A stretch of DNA of 64,000 nt, from the NCBI GenBank assembly GCA_002239105.1, contig MPNQ01000005.1:71939-135938 (forward strand), read 5' to 3'. Positions within the stretch are counted from its first letter, which is position 1, and every line of letters begins with the position of its first letter. The position numbers were made by a program, and so were the translations under genes. Positions 18,408-26,673 of the stretch are shown in pieces. The notes below the pieces were generated by a model, which searched no databases, was not told the origin of the DNA, and worked only from the letters and a program-made list of their open reading frames with translations. The stretch is from a marine group bacterium Sva0996 bin134 (lineage in GTDB: Bacteria > Actinomycetota > Acidimicrobiia > Acidimicrobiales > Bin134).

Positions 18408-19253
18408 TCAGATCTGGCACTGCTCGCAGAAGTAGGTCCACCGGCGGCGGAAGCGGTACTTCTGAATGGGGCGGTGGCAGCGGGAACAGGGCCGGCCGTT
18501 CTTGCCTGCTTGTTTGAACACATGGAGGTAGTCCTCGTAGCCGCCCGGCTGACCGTGCACATCCAAGTAGTGACCGTCCTCCAGCGTTGCACCCCGATGC
18601 TTTGCGGCATCGTGAAGTGTCTCCACCATTGCCCGGTGAAGCCGCCGGACCTCCTGGGGTCCCAGAGAGTTCGGCAGGCGGTCGAACCTCAGACCTGCTG
18701 CGAACAGGATCTCGTCGGAGTACATCTCCCCCAGCCCCACTACCACGCGGTCATCGGTCAGCGCCGCCTTCAGCTTGGCGTCTTGAGCCAAGAGCATCTC
18801 GCCGAACATCCGCCACGGCACCGGCTGGTCGAGGGGGTCGATGCCCAGTCCCTCCAACTGGGGGACCTCCTCAACCAGCTTTTCAGCCTTGACCAAGAAC
18901 AGTTCCGCGTCACCGACACCATCCACCAGTCGAAGCTGCCCGCTCTTGGTGAATGTGATCGACACAACGGTGTTGGGCTCGACGTCATCCCGGTTGGCAT
19001 GGCGTCGCATCTGCCCGCCGGTGCCCAACTGTCCGACCATCACGTCTTCGCTGTCCAAACCAATGATCAAGTACAGGCCCCGGCGACGAACATTGACGAT
19101 CTTCATCTTCTCCAGCCGGGCCACAAACTTCTTTGCCCCTCCCGACCGCTTCGCGAACCCGGTCTTTATGACCTCCACAGATTTGATGCGAAGTCCGGAC
19201 ACCTCTCTATCGAGGTCGCGGCGAATGGTCTCGATTTCTGGCAATGCGATCAT
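18408..19253 (-). CDS. Fpg/Nei-family (formamidopyrimidine-DNA glycosylase-like) protein with substituted catalytic residues
   Basis: N-terminus MIALPEIETIRRDL aligns with canonical MPELPEVETVRRGL. H2TH region LVVGLGEMYSDEILFAAGL. Zinc finger CSRC-x16-CEQC. GAGGAG lies 7 nt upstream of ATG 19253. The track start at 19430 is rejected because it overlaps rnc. Confidence 0.8.
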   Translation of the reverse strand: MIALPEIETIRRDLDREVSGLRIKSVEVIKTGFAKRSGGAKKFVARLEKMKIVNVRRRGLYLIIGLDSEDVMVGQLGTGGQMRRHANRDDVEPNTVVSITFTKSGQLRLVDGVGDAELFLVKAEKLVEEVPQLEGLGIDPLDQPVPWRMFGEMLLAQDAKLKAALTDDRVVVGLGEMYSDEILFAAGLRFDRLPNSLGPQEVRRLHRAMVETLHDAAKHRGATLEDGHYLDVHGQPGGYEDYLHVFKQAGKNGRPCSRCHRPIQKYRFRRRWTYFCEQCQI

Positions 19254-19293
19254 CTGATCACTCCTCTTAGTGAGATCACTGGTCTTAGCGGGA

Positions 19294-20016
19294 TCACGGG
19301 GCTGCCGCGGTTGCGGCGGCAGCCAACTCGGGGGCAAGGGTCTCCCATGCCGAGGCCGCCGCGGCCTGCTCAGCCTGCTTCTTGGAGCGACCCTCGCCGC
19401 GCCCCCGTTCCACGCCGTCAAAATGCACAACCGCGAGGAACTGCTTGGCGTGGTCGGGGCCTTTCTCAGTCAAGCGGTACTCAGGGGCGACTTGGCCGTG
19501 GCGAGCGCAGTACTCCTGCAACCTGGTCTTGAAATCCCTCACTCCGGGACCTTCAGAGGCCACAACGATGCGATCGGCCAACCATCTCCTCACCAGTTGG
19601 GACAAGACCTCCCAGGGTGCGTCCAGGTAGACCGCTCCGATCACCGCCTCCATGGCATCGGAGAGGATCGACTGCTTCTCCCGTCCCCCAGAGGCCTCCT
19701 CGCCGCGCCCCAGGCGGAGGGCTTTGCCCAACTGCAACTCCACAGCCAGGTCGGCCAATGTCTCAGCTCGGACCACTTCGGCTCGCAAAGGGGCCAACTG
19801 GCCCTCGGCCATTTCGGGATACGCCACGTAGATGTGGTCGGTCACCACCAAGTCCAAGACGGCGTCGCCCAGGAACTCCAGCCTCTCATTGGACGTCGCT
19901 CCCTCATTGTCGGCGCACCAGGACCGGTGAGTCAGCGCCTCGACCAGCAGGTCGGGCTCGGCAAAGCGGTAGCCGAGGCGATCGGCTAGAGCTGCGAGGT
20001 CGGCTTCGGCAGTCAG
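19294..20016 (-). CDS. rnc: ribonuclease III (start proposed at CTG 20016)
   Basis: The in-frame sequence upstream of the track start encodes LGYRFAEPDLLVEALTHRSW....NERLEFLGDAVL, which includes the RNase III catalytic signature. C-terminal dsRBD is present. CTG 20016-20014 overlaps the acp TGA as CTGA. Confidence 0.8.
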   Translation of the reverse strand: MTAEADLAALADRLGYRFAEPDLLVEALTHRSWCADNEGATSNERLEFLGDAVLDLVVTDHIYVAYPEMAEGQLAPLRAEVVRAETLADLAVELQLGKALRLGRGEEASGGREKQSILSDAMEAVIGAVYLDAPWEVLSQLVRRWLADRIVVASEGPGVRDFKTRLQEYCARHGQVAPEYRLTEKGPDHAKQFLAVVHFDGVERGRGEGRSKKQAEQAAAASAWETLAPELAAAATAAAP

Positions 20017-20312
20017 GAGCTTCGGCTCAGGCGGCCGTGGACGTAATCGACGGCGTCTCGCACCGTCTTGAGATCCTCCAAGTCTTCGTCGTCGATGCTG
20101 AAGCCGACAGTCCTTTCGCTCAATTCCTCTTCCAAGGTCTCCACCAGCTCGATGAGAGCAAGAGAATCGGCGTCGAGATCGTCGGCAAAGGCCTGTCCCT
20201 CAGCGATTCGATCCGGCGAGATCTCCAAGATGTCAGCCAGACACTCACGGACGAGGGTCAAGACTCCGTTGCGGTCCAGAGGGCTCTGCTCGACATGGGT
20301 TTCGGATGGCAC
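20013..20312 (-). CDS. acyl carrier protein-like protein
   Basis: DLDADSLALIELVETLEEE (phosphopantetheine Ser in the DSL motif). Start trimmed to GTG 20312, which has GGAG 5 nt upstream. The longer TTG 20336 start remains possible. Confidence 0.8.
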   Translation of the reverse strand: MPSETHVEQSPLDRNGVLTLVRECLADILEISPDRIAEGQAFADDLDADSLALIELVETLEEELSERTVGFSIDDEDLEDLKTVRDAVDYVHGRLSRSS

Positions 20313-20411
20313 GTCATCTCCGGGGCAGCTCAGCAATACGGCGCCCGAAAAGTATACGCCAGCTACCTGCTGTTCCCCCCCACCGGGGACAGATGATCGG
20401 GGCGGAGTCTC

Positions 20412-21407
20412 CTATTCGGAGGACAGAATCCGGCGCAGTGAGCCCACGGTGTCGCGTTCGGCGAGTTCATGGGCAACTTGTATGGCGTTGGCCAGCGCCC
20501 TCGGTGACGAGGCTCCATGGCTGATAATGCTCACGCCCCTCACCCCCAGCAGGATGGCGCCACCCACCGAATCGGGGTTGAACTCGTCGTATAGAGGGGC
20601 CAACGCAGGGGCAAGAAGCTCGGCCCCCCGCTGGGCCTCTTCAGAGGACTCGAACGCCTCCAGCAGTGCACCGATCAACTGTTTGGCCACCCCCTCGGCG
20701 GTTTTGAGGGCCACGTTTCCGGTGAATCCGTCGGTGACTATCACGTCCACCAGGTCTTCCAGCAGGTCCCGCCCCTCAACGTTGCCGGCGAACACCGCCC
20801 CCGTCCGGGCCTGCCAGGCTCCATCCTCCAGAAGCTCGAATGCCTCCTTGACCAAGGGCGAGCCCTTGCCGGCCTCTTCACCGTTGGACAGAAGCCCGAT
20901 ACGCGGCTCCTGAACCCCCCAGCGATCACGGCAGTACACCGCGCCCATCTGGGCGAACTGCACCAACCACTCGGCACTGCACTCGGCGTTGGCTCCTGCG
21001 TCCAGCAGCACGTTGGGCCAGGCTCGACGGGGAACAATGATCGGTGTGGCGATCGCCGGTCGGGCCACTCCCCGGATACGGCCCAACCTCAGCAGGGACG
21101 CCGCCATCGCGGCCCCGGTGTTGCCGGCGCTGACCATGGCCGAGGCCCGGCCGTCGCGTACTGCCTCGGCAGCCCGCACCACCGATGAATCCTTCATCTT
21201 TCGCACGCTGGAGGCCGCCTCAGCCCCCATGGCGATCACCTGTGAAGCCGGTATTACTTCGATGTCGCCCGCGTCGGCTAGTTGCTCGGGTTGGCCCACC
21301 AGCAATACGGGAATGCCCTGCTCGACGGCGATTCGGGCACCGGCCAACACAGACTGGGGGGCATTATCACCCCCCATTGCGTCCACGGCAACGGGAAGCG
21401 TTATCAA
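20412..21407 (-). CDS. plsX: phosphate acyltransferase PlsX
   Basis: VAVDAMGGDNAP N-terminus. rpmF-plsX synteny. Confidence 0.95.
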   Translation of the reverse strand: MITLPVAVDAMGGDNAPQSVLAGARIAVEQGIPVLLVGQPEQLADAGDIEVIPASQVIAMGAEAASSVRKMKDSSVVRAAEAVRDGRASAMVSAGNTGAAMAASLLRLGRIRGVARPAIATPIIVPRRAWPNVLLDAGANAECSAEWLVQFAQMGAVYCRDRWGVQEPRIGLLSNGEEAGKGSPLVKEAFELLEDGAWQARTGAVFAGNVEGRDLLEDLVDVIVTDGFTGNVALKTAEGVAKQLIGALLEAFESSEEAQRGAELLAPALAPLYDEFNPDSVGGAILLGVRGVSIISHGASSPRALANAIQVAHELAERDTVGSLRRILSSE

Positions 21408-21439
21408 AAAACGCCCTCCAAGCGGTTATGAGGGACGGC

Positions 21440-21619
21440 TCAGGCCACTTCTACGGCTTCGCGGCCAGCGTACCAACCGCATACCTTGCACACCCGGTGC
21501 GGCCGCTTGACCGACCCGCAACGAGGGCATGTGCTCTGGGCCGGCGCGGACACCCGCCAAGCTGAGGCCCGGCGGCTGCGGCCCTTGGCCTTAGAGGTTT
21601 TCTTCTTGGGTACGGCCAT
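21440..21619 (-). CDS. rpmF: 50S ribosomal protein L32 (zinc-ribbon type)
   Basis: Hand-read; below the track cutoff in its frame: MAVPKKKTSKAKGRSRRASAWRVSAPAQSTCPRCGSVKRPHRVCKVCGWYAGREAVEVA, with CxxC...CxxC. Confidence 0.9.
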   Translation of the reverse strand: MAVPKKKTSKAKGRSRRASAWRVSAPAQSTCPRCGSVKRPHRVCKVCGWYAGREAVEVA

Positions 21620-21689
21620 CGAACGGTCCTAGGTGTGGAGGAAGAATCTTGCGCCATAAACGGAAACTGCGCTGGTGCAGCCTACAAAT

Positions 21690-22205
21690 CTACTGGCCAG
21701 TTCGCAGCGCGTCTAGCGCAGCCCAGCGAGGATCTTTGGGGCGTTCCTCTGCGGGGGTCTCGGGCTGGTTCATGGGATAGGCATCGGGAGCCGGCCCCGC
21801 ACACTCCTCGGAGCACAGCGGAGCAATGGGCAGGGCCAGGACTAGGCAGTCGCGGACCATGGGGGTCAGGTCCAATTCGCCGTCTTGAATCGGATACGTA
21901 TCTTCATCGGTCGGGGCGCTGCTGTACATCTCCCGCAACTCCTGCTCCACCTTTTGCTCAATGGGCTCCAGACACCTTCGGCACGACCCGCGCCACCCCG
22001 CGGCCAGGGAGCCGGATACCTCCAGCCCGCTGATTCCCGATTCGAGATGGAGCTGGAGGTGCACTGGGCCGTGAACCGCGGCATCTGAGGTGGTCAGATC
22101 GTCGAGGTCAACCTGAAGTGAGATCGCGCGATGAGAGCCCGGTCGGCGCAACAGCTCCGCCACCGAAACGATCATCGGGCTCGTGCGGTCTGAGCCTTTG
22201 GCCAC
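21690..22205 (-). CDS. yceD: YceD/DUF177 family protein
   Basis: Cys pairs CRRC...CSEEC. Conserved position immediately upstream of rpmF. Confidence 0.85.
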   Translation of the reverse strand: MAKGSDRTSPMIVSVAELLRRPGSHRAISLQVDLDDLTTSDAAVHGPVHLQLHLESGISGLEVSGSLAAGWRGSCRRCLEPIEQKVEQELREMYSSAPTDEDTYPIQDGELDLTPMVRDCLVLALPIAPLCSEECAGPAPDAYPMNQPETPAEERPKDPRWAALDALRTGQ

Positions 22206-22232
22206 GTCGCCTCCTCCAGAAGTTCAGACGCC

Positions 22233-22823
22233 CTATCCCAGGGTGTCCTGATCGAAGAATCCGTCGTCGGGCTCTGGAGCCGGTTCGGGGCCATAGGCCT
22301 GCACCAAGTCGGCAAGGGGGTCGCCTTGAAGACGGGTCCTGGCCTCTTTGACGGTGTTGAGGATCCGCTCAAGGGCGTTTTCGAAGCTTCCCAGCTTGGT
22401 ATCGCAGTAGTCCTCGGTTTCCAAGCGCAAACGGCGGGCAGTGGCCTCGGCTTCCTCCACCATCCGCCGAGCCCGCTGCTCGGCCGCCTTGACCACCTCG
22501 GTGCGCTGCACCATGGCCTCGGCCTGAGTTCGAGCGGCCACCAGAATCTCGTCGCCCTCCCGGTGGACCCTCTTGAGAAAATCCTCACGCTCCTTCAACA
22601 GCCAGCGGGCCGCCCGCATCTCCTCGGGGAGACGGTTCAAACAGCTCTGGAGCAACTCGAGGACTTCCTCCTTGTTGATCATGGAGGACGCCGACAGCGG
22701 CATGGGGCGGGCCGCGTCCACCAGCTCGATTGCCCGACGCAACAACAGATCGAACTCGGGATCCACAAAAGTCCCGGCGACTGGTTGGTGAGTGGCGGTT
22801 GGGTTGGGATCGATGTCAGTCAT
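22233..22823 (-). CDS. coiled-coil protein, DivIVA/SepIVA-like by position and composition
   Basis: Start trimmed to ATG 22823 (8-nt ATGACTGA overlap with the coaD stop). Long helical, charged segment: REDFLKRVHREGDEILVAARTQAEAMVQRTEVVKAAEQRARRMVEEAEATARRLRLE. The functional assignment is weak. Confidence 0.6.
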   Translation of the reverse strand: MTDIDPNPTATHQPVAGTFVDPEFDLLLRRAIELVDAARPMPLSASSMINKEEVLELLQSCLNRLPEEMRAARWLLKEREDFLKRVHREGDEILVAARTQAEAMVQRTEVVKAAEQRARRMVEEAEATARRLRLETEDYCDTKLGSFENALERILNTVKEARTRLQGDPLADLVQAYGPEPAPEPDDGFFDQDTLG

Positions 22824-23295
22824 TTCGATACCTCTCGATGAGTCGTTTGGCCACAGGAGGAGGGACCATGGATTCAATCTCCTGACCGAAGCGGGCGAGC
22901 TCGCGGATCAACTTGGAAGCCAGGAATGAGTGCTTGCTGGCTGAGGGGATGAACAGCGTATGGACCCCGGAGATGGCTTGGTTCATCTGGGCCATCTGTA
23001 GCTCGTTCTCGAAGTCGGAAACCGCCCTGAGACCCTTCACGATGAAGTCGACTCCTTCTTTCTGGGCCAGATCCACCACCAGGCTGGCAAACAAGGTGGT
23101 CCGCACATTGGGCAGGTGGGCAAAGCACTCGTCCAACATCGCCTGACGCTCATCCAGATCGAATAGAGGGGACTTTTGGGGGTTGTGTACCGCAGCCACG
23201 ATCACTTCTTCGAAAAGGCGCGCCGCGGTCTCCACGATCTCCATATGCCCGTTGTGTATGGGATCGAACGATCCGGGGAACAGGACACGCGTCAC
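22816..23295 (-). CDS. coaD: phosphopantetheine adenylyltransferase
   Basis: FPGSFDPIHNGHMEIV (HxGH). Confidence 0.95.
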   Translation of the reverse strand: MTRVLFPGSFDPIHNGHMEIVETAARLFEEVIVAAVHNPQKSPLFDLDERQAMLDECFAHLPNVRTTLFASLVVDLAQKEGVDFIVKGLRAVSDFENELQMAQMNQAISGVHTLFIPSASKHSFLASKLIRELARFGQEIESMVPPPVAKRLIERYRND

Positions 23296-23322
23296 TGAGG
23301 AATCTCCTGGGGTCTGTGGTTG

Positions 23323-23847
23323 CTATCGCCGGCAGGCAATCACCACAACGGTACCCGCATAGCGCTGCTGTTTGATGACATCCCAGCCATCACCGGGATC
23401 TACGGCCTGATCCGACTCGACCACCACCACATCGGCCGGAACACGGGACAGCAATTCTGGCCAGGCGTCGAATTGGTATGGGGGGTCGCACAGGGCGATG
23501 TCGAATTCTCTGTCCAGTCGAAGCAGTTCCTTCATGACATCGCCGGGCACCACCCGGCAGCGGCCGTCGAAGCCGGTCGATTCTATGTTTGTCTTCAGCG
23601 TGGCCAGTGCCGACAGAGCTGACTCCACGAACGTGGCCGAGGCTGCTCCGCGGGACACGGCCTCTAGTCCCAGCGCCCCCGAACCGGCGAACAGATCCAG
23701 CACATCGGCACCCTCTAGCCACCCCTGGCTGTGCAGCGAGTTGAACACCGCCTCCCGAACTCTGCTGGTGGTAGGCCGCACTTCCATGCCCTCTGGGGTG
23801 CTCAATCGTCGACCCCGGGCCTCCCCGGAGATGATCCGAAGGGTCAT
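23323..23847 (-). CDS. rsmD: 16S rRNA (guanine966-N2)-methyltransferase RsmD
   Basis: DLFAGSGALGLEAVSRGA and DPPY motifs. rsmD-coaD synteny. Confidence 0.9.
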   Translation of the reverse strand: MTLRIISGEARGRRLSTPEGMEVRPTTSRVREAVFNSLHSQGWLEGADVLDLFAGSGALGLEAVSRGAASATFVESALSALATLKTNIESTGFDGRCRVVPGDVMKELLRLDREFDIALCDPPYQFDAWPELLSRVPADVVVVESDQAVDPGDGWDVIKQQRYAGTVVVIACRR

Positions 23848-24479
23848 CGCTGTTCAGGGGGGCGGGGTTCTCGGACCATGGGGGTGATCACCACCCCGTC
23901 GCCCACGGTGAATGCGCCGATCGACTCGAATCCATGGCGACGATAGAAGCCCACATTGGCCGGGTTGCTGGACTCCAAGTACACCAACTCGCCGACCCGG
24001 TCGCAGCGATCCAGCATCGGGGCCAGCACCTTGCTTCCCAGGCCCTTGCTCTGCTGTTCGGGCAACGTGCCCAGCACCGCCAAATACCAATGGGGCTCGG
24101 CCAGCCGGGCTTTGTACATCTGGCCAAGCGCCTCCATTCGAGAGGGGGCAAGATCCCCCAGGAGCTCAGTCATCATGGCGACAAACGCATTTTGGCCTTC
24201 AGGCTGCTCTAAACCATTCTCATCTGCTCCCGTTGAGGAGTCATTCTGGCCCTGTGGGGGCTGCCAGTAAGCGACGCAGCCATCAATGCGGGTGCCATGC
24301 AGCTCTGTGCCGGGAGGCTGACGGTCGAGAGCGAATCCCCACCAGCGCTTCAGGGAAGTCAAGCGGGCGGCATCATCGGGAAACACCCACATCATCAGCG
24401 GATCCTGCTCGAAGGCGTCGGCCCAGATCTCGGCGATCCGATCCCGCCGCTCCATTCCCATCCGCACGATCTCCAACAC
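23844..24479 (-). CDS. GNAT family N-acetyltransferase
   Basis: C-terminal acetyl-CoA binding pattern QQSKGLGSKVLAPMLDRCD...YLESSNPANVGFYRRHGF. Confidence 0.75.
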   Translation of the reverse strand: MLEIVRMGMERRDRIAEIWADAFEQDPLMMWVFPDDAARLTSLKRWWGFALDRQPPGTELHGTRIDGCVAYWQPPQGQNDSSTGADENGLEQPEGQNAFVAMMTELLGDLAPSRMEALGQMYKARLAEPHWYLAVLGTLPEQQSKGLGSKVLAPMLDRCDRVGELVYLESSNPANVGFYRRHGFESIGAFTVGDGVVITPMVREPRPPEQR

Positions 24480-24495
24480 GGATCCTCCCGGGGTG

Positions 24496-26673
24496 TCAGC
24501 TCTTCATCAGGTAGTCGGCATCATCATCCACCAAAAGCAGCTCCACCTCGGCACGCAATTCCAGATGCCGTTGCAGGTCAGGGTCGTTGTCCAACATCTC
24601 TCCGGCGGCGCGGCGGGCCCATGCCACCCAATCCTTGTCCCGGCGCAGGGAGGCCAGCTGCAAGTCGCTCCGACCCTTTTGACGCTCGCCCAAGATCGTG
24701 CCCTCTCCCCGCAACTCCAAATCGGCCTCGGCCAATTCGAATCCATCGGTGGTTGCCACCAGGGCCCGGAGCCGTTCGGCGGCAACCCCCACTGCGTCGA
24801 CGGCCAAAAGGCAGCACGTGGACTTCTGGTCACCCCGTCCCACACGGCCTCTGAGCTGATGGAGTTGGGCGATCCCGAATCGATCAGCGTCCACGATCAC
24901 CATGACCGTGGCGTTGGGCACATCCACCCCCACCTCGATCACCGTGGTGGCCACCAGCACGTCGATGGCCCCGCTTCGGAACAGGCCCATCACCGACTCC
25001 TTCTCCGCCGCCGTCAGCCGGCCATGGAGGAGACCTACCCGCAGCCCGACCAGCTCATCGGCTTGCAGGCGCTCGTAGGTTTCAGTGACCGAGCGTGCCT
25101 CAATGCTGTCGGACTCCTCGATAAGCGGACACACGACATAGGCCTGACGGCCCTGCCCAACCTCTGCCCTCACCTGTTCCCACACCTCGGATTCCTCGGC
25201 CGCGGTTTGAGCCCATCGGGTGGCAATCGGCGTTCGTCCCGGGGGCATCTCATCGAGCGTGGACACATCCAAGTCGCCGTACACGGTCATGGCCGCAGTC
25301 CGGGGGATGGGGGTGGCCGTCATCACCAGCACATCGGGGGACGCGGCATAGGACCCCTTGGCCCGCAGGGCGGCCCGCTGCTCGACCCCGAAGCGGTGCT
25401 GCTCATCCACCACCACCACCCCCAAAGAGTCGAATTCCACTCCCTCTTGGATGAGGGCGTGGGTGCCGATCACGAGGTCGATCTCCCCCGAGGCCAGAGA
25501 GTCTTGGGTCCGGGTCCGCTCGGCCCCCGTGGTTTGATTGGTGAGCAGTGCCACCCGCAGGGGCCGCTCTGCCAACAGCGAGTCAGACGCAGGAACCACC
25601 AGATTCTCCAGCAGGGAGCGAACTCCCAAGTAGTGCTGGGTGGCCAGCACCTCGGTGGGGGCCATCAGCGCGCCCTGGTGGCCCCCCTGCACTGCGGTGA
25701 GCATCGCGGCCACCGCGACCACGGTCTTTCCCGCCCCCACATCGCCTTGCAAGAGACGGTGCATCGGCACTGGGCGGGACATGTCGCACACCACCTCGTC
25801 GACAACCCGGCGCTGGGCACCGGTCAGGGGAAACCCCAGCGAGGTTGTAAACCTGTCGACGAGTTCGCCGCTGGCGTCATGGCAGATCCCGAACGCGGCC
25901 CGCTCTACCGCTCGCTTGCGCATGATCAGCTTGAGCTGGAGTCGCAACAGCTCGTCAAACACCAGCCGATTCCGGGCGGTGTGCTGGGCATCCATGGTCT
26001 CAGGGCGGTGGATGCCGTCGATGGCCTCTTGGCGTCCGATCAAGTGGTGGCGCTGTCGCAAGGACTCGGGAACCGGATCGCTGATCCCCCGTGACTCTGA
26101 GCGTCGCAGCGCCTCGTCCACCCATCGCCTTATCTCCCGAGTCTGGAGTCCGGCTTTGCCCGACTGCGGGTACACCGGCACGATTCGCCCGGTCTCATCG
26201 CCCACCAGATCCACGATGGGATTGGTCATCTGGTGCTGGCCCCGGTAGCGGTCCAGCTTCCCGAACACCACCACCTCTTGGCCCTCAGAAAGCTGGCGAT
26301 CCCGCCACGGCTGGTTGAAGAAGACCAACTTCAACCGACCGGTCTGGTCGCTGACCGACACGGATACCAGCGAGCGGCTGCCTCGGAGCTTCTTCGAGAA
26401 CACGCTGTCCACTCGGGCCATCACCATGGCCTCCACACCGTCTTCCAAATCGCGGATCGCCGCCTGATTGGTCCGGTCGATGTAGCGGCGTGGGTAGTAG
26501 GTCAACAGATCCAACACCGATTCCACTTCGACCGAGGCCAGAGCCTTGGCCTTGGCGGTGCCCACTCCGCCTAGCACTCCAACGTCCATGCTGAAGAAGT
26601 CGGCCATGGTGAGCGGTGGCCGCGGGACCGCCGGCTGGACGTCGTCCCCGGCTCTGGGTTGGGCGCTGATCAC
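24496..26673 (-). CDS. recG: ATP-dependent DNA helicase RecG
   Basis: Wedge/OB N-terminal domain. GDVGAGKT, DEQHRFG, and the TRG region QLRGRVGRG. Confidence 0.95.
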   Translation of the reverse strand: MISAQPRAGDDVQPAVPRPPLTMADFFSMDVGVLGGVGTAKAKALASVEVESVLDLLTYYPRRYIDRTNQAAIRDLEDGVEAMVMARVDSVFSKKLRGSRSLVSVSVSDQTGRLKLVFFNQPWRDRQLSEGQEVVVFGKLDRYRGQHQMTNPIVDLVGDETGRIVPVYPQSGKAGLQTREIRRWVDEALRRSESRGISDPVPESLRQRHHLIGRQEAIDGIHRPETMDAQHTARNRLVFDELLRLQLKLIMRKRAVERAAFGICHDASGELVDRFTTSLGFPLTGAQRRVVDEVVCDMSRPVPMHRLLQGDVGAGKTVVAVAAMLTAVQGGHQGALMAPTEVLATQHYLGVRSLLENLVVPASDSLLAERPLRVALLTNQTTGAERTRTQDSLASGEIDLVIGTHALIQEGVEFDSLGVVVVDEQHRFGVEQRAALRAKGSYAASPDVLVMTATPIPRTAAMTVYGDLDVSTLDEMPPGRTPIATRWAQTAAEESEVWEQVRAEVGQGRQAYVVCPLIEESDSIEARSVTETYERLQADELVGLRVGLLHGRLTAAEKESVMGLFRSGAIDVLVATTVIEVGVDVPNATVMVIVDADRFGIAQLHQLRGRVGRGDQKSTCCLLAVDAVGVAAERLRALVATTDGFELAEADLELRGEGTILGERQKGRSDLQLASLRRDKDWVAWARRAAGEMLDNDPDLQRHLELRAEVELLLVDDDADYLMKS

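Noticed and set aside
19254-19430. 59-codon N-terminal extension of the Fpg-like ORF
   Set aside because: It overlaps the 3' end of rnc in another frame and is Arg/Pro-rich. A strong SD precedes the internal ATG 19253, which aligns with the family N-terminus.
24493-26094. 533-aa plus-strand ORF
   Set aside because: Antisense to recG. Same high-GC artefact reasoning. No recognisable motifs.
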